Shown here: positions 24,127 through 36,304 of the stretch, in pieces
Layout of the letters: each line of letters starts with the position of its first letter
Numbering within the stretch: the first letter of the stretch is position 1
From: Lophium mytilinum
Lineage: Eukaryota
Length of the DNA: 64,000 nucleotides
Assembly (NCBI GenBank): GCA_010093605.1
Contig: MU004203.1
Span: 24,156-88,155 of the forward strand
Direction: 5' to 3'
Made by a program: the position numbers and the translations under genes
Notes under the pieces: generated by a model
The model's input: the letters and a program-made list of their open reading frames with translations, nothing else
The model's database searches: none
Told to the model about the DNA's origin: nothing

Positions 24127-26155
24127 TGAGAGAAGCGACGAAAATATTTGATATATATAGGTAAGTGAGAACGGGATTCTTTATCAGTTGCCTAGGGGAT
24201 ATAGCGGGAGGGAGATTGCCGCGCGGTGGGTGAGTGCCTGGCTATATCGGTGAGTGCCATAGCAACCGGCAATGGAGCGTCGATACGCCCACACCGATGT
24301 CGGCGCAAGCGAGACTGATATGAAGGGACGAGCTGTCTGTCGCGAGTTAGCTCTGATCTATCTTGGTGTTTGAGGGATCTCTTTCTTGATAGCGAATGGG
24401 TGCGGACTCGACCCGTTCGCACACGGCATCGCACTGCTGCCTCTCTTGCAAGGCTTTCGTCGCCTCATCCCAACTCTCACAATTCCGTTGCTTCGAGACT
24501 GCTCTTCATTGATGCGCATGAAACTAGACTCGTAGTCTAGCCAAGGCGAAGTCAACAGCCATTTCTCCGTACGTTTTTCTGCTGGGATCGGTTTAAGGGG
24601 CCCGAATCTTGTATGTGACTATCGGACTGACAGCATTCCGACTCGCACCTCCAACTAACGATTGCTCGTTCTGGCCATTCTTGATTTTAACTGTTCTGTT
24701 TTGTGTTTCCATATCGAGTATCGAGGACCCACCTAGAAGTTCAATGCGCCCTTCTTATTTTTCCTCCTCAATATCTGTACAATCTCAGCATCTCGGGTGG
24801 TCTTGGTGTTGAGTAGGAACCAGACGTGTCCTTTTCTTTTTTCATCTAGGTTGTCATCTATTCTTTTCTTTCCAGACAGAGATTGCGTCATTTAAGACAG
24901 TAAAAGATATATAGGGATGTTCGCTTCTTGAGGTTTCTAGTAACCATCGTATAGCGGCTAGTCTAGATTTGTTATATCGGATCTGTTTAGGCATCGAATA
25001 GACTGCCAGGGCGAGAATTACCTCCTACAATGGGTTAGCGTCGGCATTTCCTGAGAGTGTGACTTCTCGACCTCGAACGAAACATCTATATCTTCACAAC
25101 GCTGTCTTGAGCTAGATCTAGGAGTAAAGGAGGAACACTGAAAACTTGGGTTTTGGCAATGAATCTGGGGTCCTTTTGGCCCGCTCGCCGCCTGCTGGCC
25201 GAGCCGCTCCTAACGCTGGTAACGGGCGTGCAAGAATGGAGATCCAGGGGTGCGATATCCGTGTACATGTACTCACAGTCCCCAGGAGTTGACAGCTAGG
25301 TGTGATATGACATCTTGCACACGAGTTTGAAAGGGTCTAGAGAGCAGTGACTTGTAGTCATGATGATATTCTGAAGAGGTTACGTTAAAGTATTCTATCT
25401 ACCTGTGCGTAGTGGGCTGAGTCCCAACCTGGCGGTACCGAGCCCAACAAAACGCGGTGAATATCTCTAGCCAACTGGGGTAAATTATTGTGTAGATCAC
25501 AACTGGGCTACCGTATGACTGGCCAAAGACGTGCTAGCTGGGGTACTCCTGACAGTGGCGTCGAGCAAGCAGTATTGGTTGCCGGGCATTGGGATATCCG
25601 TGTGCACTGGGCCGGAAAAACCACGAAGAAGGCCATCTAGACCCAAGTTTTCCCAGACGGGCAGCACTTCTGGGGATTTTTTGATGTCGTGGCTCTCTAA
25701 AAATGGTCAAGGAGCTGATATACGGGCCCTTATATCCTGCACATCTCATCGAGCCTAATGGAAAGGTGCTGGAAATGTAAATCTTGGATGCGTAGGCCGG
25801 TTAGCTCTGGGGTTCCTGACTCGGTATAGAAGGTATCAACTCGGTTCATGTAGAGCTTCAATACTGCATTACCAAGAAATCACATGTTTAGATAAGCTTG
25901 GGTATAAACCTAGTTGAACATACTGCTAAAACCCGATCTAGGCAAGAGAAAAGGTACCAGAAGGAGACATGTAGTGCAAGGGGAGTACAATTTATCGTAG
26001 TTTGCCCTATCAAAGCCACATGAAGAGGCACAAGATGCCTGACTTGGATCACAAGTCGCCGTAATCTACCAACATAATCCGAAAAACTAGACAAAGAAAC
26101 AAAGATGACTGCCGGCACTGATGAGAGAAACTATTACCGCGGTAGGGCCTTCAAA

Positions 26156-27385
26156 CTACTCCTCATCCAGGGTGCGATCAAGTCGAGCAATCTTGTCCCT
26201 TACTTGCCCCAATACACGAAACAAGGACTTGTTCGGGGACGTCGAATCTTTCAGACGCCGTACCAAACCGTTCACGAGGAGGTAGGCCTCCAAGATTGCT
26301 TCACAACGGCGTAGCGACCGTCCCTTGACAGAAATAACAAACGAGCGAAGTCCATCAGGGATTGAGTTCATCCCCTCGCCCAGTGTGTCCTTGTCGACGT
26401 CGAAGTCGACGGTGTTTCTGCTGCGTGGCTTGAAGCCATCCTTCTCCAGCACCACCTGTAGCGTTTTCAGTCCCGTGAAGCCCCTCTCCCGCAAGTCGTA
26501 GAACTCCCGAAGTTGTTTCCCCAAGCTGTCGTCGTACTCCCAGCGGTGAGCGTCGAGGTGGAAGGCAACCTTGTGGATGAGAGGACGAACGGCCGGCTGT
26601 GGTAGGTTGATGACCGGAATAGCTCTGTCTTCGTCGTGGCTACGGCGGTTCAAGTGGTTATGCGGGAGAACAATGTAGGTGTTATCGCCGTCCGCTGGGT
26701 AAGGGGCCCCATCTAAACGCTGTCTCGCGTTCAAGGCCGGTACTCGCACTAAAGCCGTTCGATTGTCAACCTCCCATTGTTTGAGATACTCAATCTTCGT
26801 GACTTTCTTTTGCTTCCCTCCTCGGGGTCCTTGGAAGGGGAGTTTGCGCTCTTTTAGCAGGGCGTCTAAGGCGTCAAGTGCCATGCTGTTGTAGTCGTAC
26901 TCAGGTAGTGGGCCAGGACGTACGAATTTGAACCCGGCGGGATGGACAGACTTGTCATACTGCTCGATGTAGAATGTGATGTTTCCGTAGTAGACCTGCT
27001 CGGCCTCCTCGCGAAGCTGTTTGCTCACCCTGGCCATACGTTGGATACGGGTTTGGTAGAGCGGACGGTGCAGTCCGATGATAGGGCCGTTCGTGTGGAA
27101 GAGATGGCGTAGAATATTTTGCCTGAGTTCTAGCGGAATACCCATGAGAGAGGGAGTGGCGGACATCATGCCGTCGGGAAGCGGTGGCAGGGCGAAAAAC
27201 GGGGTAGTTATGCTGGGCGTCGGGACGAAGAGACCCTCAGATGTCACCTTTCGGCGCTTTGCTGTATGCTCGTAATCGTTCGAGTTTCCCGCATATTGCT
27301 TCACCGCACCATCTGGGCCAGTTTTCATGATGATTGTGGAGTTGTCATGGGGATCGCCCTTGGAATCGACCGGATGAGACGCCAT
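26156..27385 (-). CDS. Uncharacterised F-box-like fungal protein, paralog A (with a SAP-like insert)
   Basis: Long uninterrupted ORF with first ATG at 27385. Motif PSLMGIPLELRQNILRHLF...RVSKQLREEAEQVYY...F. Collinear similarity to the next ORF. Confidence 0.75.
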   Translation of the reverse strand: MASHPVDSKGDPHDNSTIIMKTGPDGAVKQYAGNSNDYEHTAKRRKVTSEGLFVPTPSITTPFFALPPLPDGMMSATPSLMGIPLELRQNILRHLFHTNGPIIGLHRPLYQTRIQRMARVSKQLREEAEQVYYGNITFYIEQYDKSVHPAGFKFVRPGPLPEYDYNSMALDALDALLKERKLPFQGPRGGKQKKVTKIEYLKQWEVDNRTALVRVPALNARQRLDGAPYPADGDNTYIVLPHNHLNRRSHDEDRAIPVINLPQPAVRPLIHKVAFHLDAHRWEYDDSLGKQLREFYDLRERGFTGLKTLQVVLEKDGFKPRSRNTVDFDVDKDTLGEGMNSIPDGLRSFVISVKGRSLRRCEAILEAYLLVNGLVRRLKDSTSPNKSLFRVLGQVRDKIARLDRTLDEE

Positions 27386-27937
27386 ATTGGGGTTGTCGTG
27401 TGCGATTGACTGGCTGCAGGAATCTTTGGAAATGGGATACGACAAGGACCCCGGGACGTGAGGTGAAGGGAAGAGAAGCGCAAGGTGTGCGTTCGAGCTG
27501 GGGGCGAGGGTGTGTTGGGTTGGTGTCGGCAGGTTCGGGAACGGATTTAGCCAGGAAAGCTTCTCGAAGCGAGCTCTTATCAGCGGGAGTGCACAAAATC
27601 AAAAGTGAATGGGGTAGAATTTATGAGCGGCATCTTTGTGAGAGTGGACCAGGCACTCACGTCCTGGAGCCCCGCCGGGCATTAATTCACCGGTCGAAAC
27701 CTGATAGTGGATATTAGACTACCTTTTGCGGAAGCTGGTGCTTGCTGGCAGGGGACTCCTTACAGTGGTGTTCACCAAGAAAGATTGGAGTTGAAGCACT
27801 GTGGAAGACGCGGAGTGAGTAGATCACGTTATCAGACAGGTAAGGAAAATGCATGGATTGGCGATCTGTTCCAAATGGTCTTGTACTTCCTACCAACTTG
27901 GAAAGGAACATGCACCCGCAGGCCGCACTCAGAGATT

Positions 27938-29014
27938 TCAACCACCTCGTACTCCCTGTTCTCTGCACATATCCATGTAACGCCGAAGTACTGCCTCGCA
28001 GTCGCCCTGTTCCCTTTCCAACGACACGATCAGCGATCTCAGACCCTTCGGTACAACGTAAGACATGCCAAGCTCCTCCTTCTCGAGATCAACATCAATT
28101 GGAGTCGTCGTATTCTGCGCAAAGCCGCCCTCAACCAGCACCACTTGTAGTATCTTCAAGTTCGTGAAACCGTTCCTCAGTGCGAAGTAGACCCGTCCGA
28201 CAGCCGGGTCTAAGCTGTCCTTGTACTCGCTTAGACGTAACCGGACGGCGACTGCACGGAGCAGCGGTCGGATTGAGAGTTGAGGAAAGCTCAAGACCCT
28301 GGTGACTTCTGCCGCTGTATGATCGGAAGTTCGCACAATGGCCTTTTCCACTATTGTCGTGTTCCCGTCATCAGTAGGATGTGTCGTGTAGGTGAGGGGC
28401 TCGCGGCGGATGAGAGAAAGCCAACGGTCGGTTTTTCTAAGATAACGACGCATGTTGTCGCTCTGCTCAGCTGTTGTGAGTCCGTGTTGAAGACCGTGGA
28501 CCTCTCGGGGGTCGGGACGCCCATAATACTCCTCGAGCACAGGTTTGTTGTATTGCCCAATGAAAAAAGTGTTCTTCCGGTAGTAGAACGTTGTCGCCTC
28601 TTCGTAGAGTTTCTTGCTCACGCAAGCTACGCGCATGATACGGGTCTGATGGAAGGGACGCGCATGGCTACGAACAGGGCCATTCACAGTGAAGATTTCC
28701 GCCAGTATCTTCTGCCTTAGCTCCCGTGGTATTCCCATCAGGGAAGGCTTGGCCATAGTAAAGCCATGAGGCAGCGATGGTAGTGACATGACCGGATTGG
28801 GATTTGATGGTTCGTCATTTTCCTGGATCGTGCGCTTCTGCTCTAGCTGGGTCTGAAGGTCATGATCTAACAAACTGTTAATTTGTGCTTTCGAAGTAGT
28901 TATTACCATCGTAAGCTTACCAACGTGCCGATCCTCGGGTGAAAACACTTCAGTAGCTGGTACTTGCCACACCATCTCAAGTTCGGTGACGCAGCGCTGC
29001 TTTTCCTCCATCAT
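27938..29014 (-). CDS. Uncharacterised F-box-like fungal protein, paralog B (start uncertain)
   Basis: PSLMGIPRELRQKILAEIF..GP..RP.HQTRI.R.A.VSK.L.EEA...YY. Shares PQ...RPL, GFT.LK.LQVVL...GF and GLRS...S......CEA.L..Y with paralog A. Possible short 5' intron near 28875-28920. Confidence 0.72.
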   Translation of the reverse strand: MMEEKQRCVTELEMVWQVPATEVFSPEDRHVGKLTMVITTSKAQINSLLDHDLQTQLEQKRTIQENDEPSNPNPVMSLPSLPHGFTMAKPSLMGIPRELRQKILAEIFTVNGPVRSHARPFHQTRIMRVACVSKKLYEEATTFYYRKNTFFIGQYNKPVLEEYYGRPDPREVHGLQHGLTTAEQSDNMRRYLRKTDRWLSLIRREPLTYTTHPTDDGNTTIVEKAIVRTSDHTAAEVTRVLSFPQLSIRPLLRAVAVRLRLSEYKDSLDPAVGRVYFALRNGFTNLKILQVVLVEGGFAQNTTTPIDVDLEKEELGMSYVVPKGLRSLIVSLEREQGDCEAVLRRYMDMCREQGVRGG

Positions 29015-29969
29015 GTGGCGAAACGCGAGTGTTGGAGAGAGGTGGAGGTTCCAAACTCGGAGCGAGGGAACCAAACATGGACGGACTGTCGGCGGCTTAT
29101 TGGCCCCGTCATCGGACGTCTTAGGTACCCCACCAGGGAAAAAGTGGCACCTTCCAGCAATTCAACACCGTCTGAGGTGGCCCGAAGAGCTATCAGGCTC
29201 GCCAAAGTTGCCATTTCATAAAAAGTAATAGAATAATGGAGGAACTCAGACGGTGCTATACAAACCTGTATATGTACAGAGATAACAGGTGTATCTTACA
29301 GGTTCGTAGAGTCTCATTTGCTGCTGCCACGCTGTCTCACCAAGTAGATTGGCGCACCTGTCTGCCACTGTATGGGGTACCTCAGCATGTGTCCGTATAG
29401 CCCAGAACTAAGAGTTTACATCTTATTCACGGTTGAAATAATGCATTGAAGTACCACAAACGGCGGCAGACAGGTGTATCAAAGGCAGAAGAATGCTTGC
29501 GAGGTGTGCCACTTTTATTATGCCCCCGCGTGCCCCAGTGGTTCCACCTGCTCGACCATGGAATGACCATAAAAAGTACTGGATATGCGATGGGAACCAA
29601 GATTAGAGACAAAGCATATCTCAACGTCTTCACAGTATTATAAAATGATTTACAAGCCTCAAAATGTATCTAGTCCACAAGATGTTCAAATCCCCCGCGC
29701 TTCTATTAGACATGCTTCGCCAATACTACGAAGTCTCGGGGCGGGACCATGATAGCGGCGTCGGAGAAGCTCGTTGAACCTGGGACTCGAATAGCGCTTC
29801 TCGATGATGAGAATCGGGAATCAGTAAGCCCAGCTTGACCTCCGAGCAACTCTCTTCACATAAGCACGCGCAAGAACAGGATCAAGTGAAGAGCATGGAT
29901 TTGCGGTCTCTACGCTTGCAGGATGGGAATCCGGCTCCTCAGACCTCAGAGCAATCTATTCTACACATC

Positions 29970-31645
29970 AACTCCCGGCGAAGCCACCCCAGAGCTCTAT
30001 CCCATGCGACAACACGAACTCATGCTTGGCCATATTCGCTTTGCCGCCCGGGTCCTATGAAATAGCCACTGAAACCACGAGTAGTCCTGGGGGAGGAAAC
30101 GAACCCATTGACGGCACTGGAGACGGGTGCGAGGATGTTGGATAATCTCCCTGGGCCAGTCCACCAACACCAATGGTAGGCGACGGACGTGAGGTCGCCA
30201 CCTGCTGTCGATACTGGTTCTGAGCCATAGGGGGGCTCCACTCCTGTGCCTGTTGAGCTTGTGGGTCCTAGTGCATCTGAAGGCGATCGGTTGCGAGCTC
30301 GATTGTTGGATGACCTCCCTGAGCCAGTCCACTGACGCCGAGGTTGGGCGACGGACGCGAGGTTGCCACCTGCTGTTTGTACTAGTTCTGAGGCATTGGG
30401 GCGCTCCACCCTTGTGCCTGTTGGACCTGCGGATCCCAGTGCATCTGGGAGCGATCGGCTCCGAACATGTAACCACCCGTAGGAACAGGGTAGTTTCGGG
30501 GCACCTGATGCTCGAAAGCAGCATACTGGCTGCCCGAAGGGGCGTAATGGTTGATTCCTGGTTGCGAGTTTAGAATCGCTTCGGGAAGTTGGTAGTTCAG
30601 CACATCGAAGCCCGGAGGATTAAAGGGCATCAGACCCTCACGAATCTTCTTCGCGTTCTCCATCATACTGACTTTGTCGCGATCTGTGACAGATTAGTAC
30701 AGTACGGAGGCAAGGATAATAGAGACCAGCTGGCAGGGAACACATACAAGAGCCGAATCCATCTTTGTCGATGGAGGCAAGTGGAGCGTTGAAATCTTCA
30801 TTCATGACATGGAAATTGGTGGTGTATTGGAGCGGGTATCTTTGGGTCCAATGGTGCCAAGGTGGACTGTTGACGGCGGAGGAACGCTGCTGGTTTCTGT
30901 GGCGGATGCAAAGGACGCGGGATTGGCTGCCGATATCTAGGAGGGAGTGCTGTACACCTAGGATGTGTCCGTAACCAGCACGATGAAGCCACCCTTTCGA
31001 AGCGGCTGCGGAGGCGGTGAACTTCGGCTTGTGGTTCTGGATCCAAGAGTTCAAGAGCGAGATCGTGATGAAGGGAGCTTCGAAGCTTCGTTCTGAAAGG
31101 AGATGCGTCATGGTAGTGGCAAAGGCAGTGGCTGGGCCGTGATGGAACGAGTCATGGGATTGCGGACGTGGGTCGAAGGCGGACGTGGGTCGAAGGCGTA
31201 CGTGGGTCGGATGAGGACGTGGACTGAAGGAGGACGTGGGTTGGAGGCGGTCGTGGGTTGGAGGCGGTCGTAGGTTGAAGAAAGACGTGGGATGAAGGCT
31301 GTCGTGGGTTGAAGGCGGACGTGGGTTGAAGGCGGACGTGGGTTGAAGGCGGACGTGGGTTGAAGACGGAGGGCTACCGGAAGAGTTTCCGAGGCCGGCC
31401 TGAACACAAGTGTCAGCTATTCGGCTCACGAGATCTTGGAGAAGCTTCGTACCACCGGGTGATGAGAATGTCGCTTTGAAAGCACTCAGCGGCGGTTCAA
31501 TCCGAAGGTTAGAACCATGAAGTAGATGAGTGTGGAGTGACTGTACTGCGATAGTTCGCGGTTGGTGGGAAGAAGAAGGTGAAGGTTCTGGAGTAGAATT
31601 GTGGCAAGACGAGGGCCTGAGTAGTTTGGCGAGGTACCCGTCCAC
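29970..31645 (-). pseudogene. Intron-containing gene with premature TAG stops, an internal 168-nt duplication and a 17-bp minisatellite
   Basis: Intron 30747-30684 (GTATGT..ACTAAT..CAG) joins ORFs 30638-31645 and 30382-30666 in frame. In-frame TAGs at 30384-30382 and 30270-30268 correspond to CAG and TGG in the sister repeat. Confidence 0.65.
31164..31367. repeat. 17-bp minisatellite x12 (GGACGTGGGTTGAAGGC)
   Basis: Twelve contiguous units without indels, 204 bp in total. Confidence 0.95.
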
Positions 31646-34600
31646 TAGTGGCGCCGAGGAGTGACGAAATGGAGATGCTTCGCGTTGTAAGGACCCATTT
31701 CATCGGTTCCAAGGCAACGCGCTTAGCTTTGTTACACTGAAGATGCAATTACCCAGTTCCATCGGCCTTTGGCTAATTGAGAAGTATCGTACGTACCAAA
31801 CATACGCTGTTGTTCACTGAGGGAGGCAGATTTTCTTGGCACTGCTTCAAACCGGAAGTTCATAACACATTTAAAAATAATAAACTGTCAATATAGCTAC
31901 GCGATGAGGATTAAATTTTACAGTAAATCTACAGTACTAAAGCTGTGCAGCACAGTATCTCTGTAGGTGTGATTACTATGCACTGAAGAATAACCAATCT
32001 GATCCCTCCCGCTGAGAACACTCCGCCATTTATCTACCTACTATGCCTTGCCGCATGGAAGATATACAATTTCATTTCCTATCTATGCCAGAACGAATTA
32101 CAAACACATAAAGTCCAAGGATACCGGCGATGTAACGAAAAAAAGTACGTGGCTCGACGAGATCGAACTGCCCGGCGATGTAGCCGAACTTGATGTACTT
32201 TCAAACTGCAGACAGTTCGAGGCGCCTGGACAGGCGGGTAGGCTCAAGTGCTGGCCCTTTCCAGGCGTCGCCTTGGAGGTAGCTGCCTCTCTCCTTTTCT
32301 CACCGCGTTCCTCCCAGATGCATATGGACAGTCATTCGGCATCGACGCCTTCTTGATAGATGGTGTGACATCCTCGCCCTCTAATGCCTTGCGAGGGCCC
32401 AGAGTGGACAGACCTTGCTCCACAACGCGGCTGGGTGCTCCTTACCGCCGCAAGTACCGCCGTCTCCACGTCCTTTGGGGTAAGTCAGCCGGCCTACCTC
32501 CACTGTTGTATTGATTGGGTATCCTTGTTTCGGACTTGTACGAAGCGTCTTTGGAGGAAGCTACCCTTTCCTCCCTCGACCAACAGAGTATGTGGCAAAG
32601 CACATGGGGTATGGGATATCTCTTTCAGTGCCATCTCCGCACCGCCAAAAGACGACTCGCCTATGGGCTGGCCGGTGCTGACACGGCCTCGGGCTTGTGG
32701 TACGCATTTGGTAGATTCGTGGAAGAGGAGGAGGGATCGGCTTCAGGGTCAGAAGAAGGAATCGTCAGCATGCGATGGAGCTATGCTTGGCAAGTCGGTG
32801 GTGTTTCGGAACAAAACTCTGTCATTCGTTAGTATTTGTCTCTGGAACTGGTATAGTGTGCAACCGAAAAAGTGGAGTCTGACCCACTGTCATCTTGCAC
32901 CAGAGGCGCTGTTGCGTCGAAGGTATCCTGAAGTAATGGGATCTTGGTATCCTCATGCCCTACCATCATCCCATTTCGTAGGTCCGACTCTCAGTCAGAT
33001 CTTCTCTCACTTGTCATCGTCTTCTCGGAGTGGTTCGAGGGTCGAGAGGGGCATCTATCGAAGTAGCCAGAGAAAGAATGTCGAGCAATGGTACCGAAGC
33101 ACCTCGAAACTTGTCAATGAGCATGTGCTCGATCATCTGTGGCATGAGTTTCTATGATCTGGCGACCGAGCCGCTGACAAAATGCCAGAAGCCTCGCCTT
33201 CGCCCTCCTTCAACAGCAATGCCCCAGCACCAATGTAACCATCCCAATCTCGGCCTCCCAGAGACCCTTCGAGTATGTGTTGATGTGCTGTGTTTGAGAA
33301 GGTGAGGAAGCGGTATTCAACTGGGGAGACCCGTCGTCTGCCTCTGCAGTAATCTTGGAAGAGTCACACCTGCATCGAAGCCGCAGACCACGGAAGAAGG
33401 CAACCAGGCTACTCCCATCTCATTGTGTTATAAGTCCCGTTCTCATCTCGAATTTGGGGGCGAGCACGGTCGAGGAGGAGGAGGGAGGGAGGAAAGGAGG
33501 TCGGCTTCGGGGAAGTCAGGTAGGAATCGTTTGGAAATGGCGACGATATGTGCGAAGAGGCACATGAAAGTTCCCTCGTCTCTCTTGCGCAATTGTTCAG
33601 AGATTTACTTTCGACTTCGCCGTACTCGAGAAGATGAGTGCCGCTCGAAAGGAACGGAGGTCGGGTGCTCCGCAGCGAGGAAAAGATGGCCCAGTCGCCG
33701 CACTCTATCACGTCAGCATTGCCTTTGATATCCAGCGGTCTCTTTTCGTACCGAATGTGCCCAGTTCCAGCCCGTGTCGCTCTCCTGGAAACCGTGGATC
33801 GTTCGGGGAGGCTCGGAGGCTCGAAATTGGGCTTTCAGGTAGGCAGGCAGGTAAGAATTCCTAAGCGGCGGCATCGCTAAGCGGGCTGAGGCGACCTGCA
33901 ATTGTCCAAGTCGTCTCTGGTGTCAGGTATGCCACATATCTAAATCGAGTTGCGAAAGTTGAAAGCTGTAGGTCGGCCGAGGAGGGGAGATCAGCCTTCG
34001 AGAGAGGCACAGTAAGGCGCCGAACGATAGTAGTGCCTTGCTGAGGGCTGGGAGAGCTGCTATCAAGCTGATTGTCTTCTAGTATGCTAGGTTTATCAGA
34101 TCTTTGTTCCAGTTTGCCGTTCCTTGAGGTTGAAGGTCGGTCGGGGGAGAGGGGTGAGGAGTCGGACTTCAGGGCCGCCACAAGAGAATGGTTTCGGGTC
34201 AACACAGCATCGCGCTGAGGATGCTGCGAGGCCGATGCAGCGTAAGGTAGGTCAAGAGTGTCGAATCTCCGTCCCAGCTTGCCGTGCTGGAGAAGTGAGG
34301 GATGGGAGTGTCGTTGGTGGAAGAGGGGTGTCTGGCGGAGGAATTGTGCACGGTAAGAGGGCGCGGCGGCAGCACAACAACGTGGAAAAGCTTGCCGCTT
34401 TTGTATAGTAGGACTGCAGTCAGCTTATGGAATTGGGTATCATCAGGCTATATCATGGTGTTTCACTGCGAGTTCTCGTGCCTGCAGCCCAGCTCCGCAG
34501 CCTCGGGGAAGTATTTCGAGGCCCTCAATCCACACCACGCTACCACACTAAGCACTGAGGATGCCTGCCCTGTTAGAAAGCTTGCCCGCCAGTATGAGGC

Positions 34601-35889
34601 GAGTCCAACCATAGAGAGAAGCTGTACACATTCACTGAGGTACGATGCCCGCGGCCGTCTTTACACCAGCAGCCCGTCTCTGTAAGACTAGAGGCACCGT
34701 AGGGTCTTATCTTGGCCTGCACGTCTTTATCAGGCTTTCAGAAGCTACTGAAGATATCTAGGAGCTATTTCTACAAGAATGAGGTTGGTGATGGATCATG
34801 ATGCGGCCCCGAGGGCGCGAGTAGGCTTCCTCAATCGGACCGCATAACGTCTGCACCACAGCAGCTGGAGATTCCAGAATCGAATAGCACCGTGTTGAAT
34901 GTATATAGACTCTAGAATCAGAATCATGGAGTCCAGGAAGCCGTGTGGTGGTTTGCCTATCGTCGAGTCTCAGGGCACCATCTACCCTCACCCTTACGGC
35001 ACACCACATCCGCATGACGGCCTAGACCTATACAAGAAGAAAACGTAGAGATATTTAAAAGGATTTCAGATCTTCTGCGAGAATGTTGGAATGCTACGGC
35101 GTTGTGGTGGACCTCAATCCTAAGGTTTTGGCCGCCGGCAAGGCCGGCGCGACCAGCAAAATCCTACTCATCATCTTCTCGATGACGTGCCGCCACCACC
35201 ACACCTTTGTTCACTTCAGAAATAGTGCGCGATTGAGGCCAATTGCATGCTCAGTGACTTCGTCCGCAGGACTTTCAGCAAAAAATGTGGTGGTGATGCA
35301 TGCCCGCACCGTTCTCCGAAGGGCCCCAAGCGGCCTCGGTCACCAGAACGCCCACAGCTCCCAACACCACATCAATGTTGGTCTATCCGATCCGAACCCA
35401 AGCCTCTCTTTGGAATGGCATTTGAGATGTCTTTCAATGACGGGAGCTCGATGCAAGGCCACAGTAAGCCATGGCACTCGGAATTCGTTGCTCTACGCTA
35501 GGGTCTGCGCAACTCAACACCATGCCAACCTGACGATGCGCTGTGTTGGAAGCAATATGCCTGGGTATCTAAGCTTCAAGGTCGGCATAATTTCATGGAC
35601 GCAAGACTCGGAACGGCTCATGGGTGATGCAGATTGGTGGTCAAGGTCACTGCGACTCCAAGGGAGGATCTCACGATGCATATCACTTGCTTCAAAGTCA
35701 CCATGATTGAGCACAATTGTTCAAAGGCAGATGATTCATTCATCAATTGAAGACAACATTGTTTGAGACAGGCCCCATGCACGCACTGCTCCGTCCACTC
35801 CATCCAAGGGGATACATGACTGAGTGGTCCGCGCGAAGGAAAGGAAAGGAAGGGAGAGAGAAAAAAGGAAACCTGATACGGTACCACCA

Positions 35890-36304
35890 GTGTCGCTGTC
35901 GCCGTCGCCAGTCGCCGTCGCCGTTGCCGTTGCCGTGCCGGAAAGGAAAGGGAAAAGGAAAGGGAGGACGTACCTTGGAGTTGCCCACCCACCCACCGAA
36001 AAGTGAGAAGAAGTTGTTGTCGCCAGTCGCCGTCGCCGTTGCCGTGCCAAAAGAAAACAGAAAGGAAAAAGGGACGTACCTTGAAGAAGCCCACCCACCC
36101 ACCAAAAGAGTGAGAAGAAGTTGTTGTCGCCAGTCGCCGTCGCCGTGCCGTGCCATGATGCGCAAAGAGAACAAAAAGGAAAGGGGACGTACCTTGAAGA
36201 AGCCCACCCACCCACCAAAAGAGTGAGAAGAAGTTGTTGTCGCTAGTCGCCGTTGCCGTTGCCGTTGCCGTGCCAGAACATGAAAGAAAATGAGACGTAC
36301 CTGT
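35890..36304 (-). repeat. ~106-113-bp tandem repeat x4, each unit starting AG|GTACGT on the minus strand
   Basis: acgtacct at 35968, 36074, 36187 and 36295. Units share (gtcgcc/gttgcc)n tracts and a gcccacccacccacc..gtgagaagaagttgttg block. Confidence 0.92.

Noticed and set aside
24358..24555. Degenerate Zn(II)2Cys6 motif (RRRKPCKRGSSAMPCANG)
   Set aside because: Only two of six cysteines are present; insufficient support.
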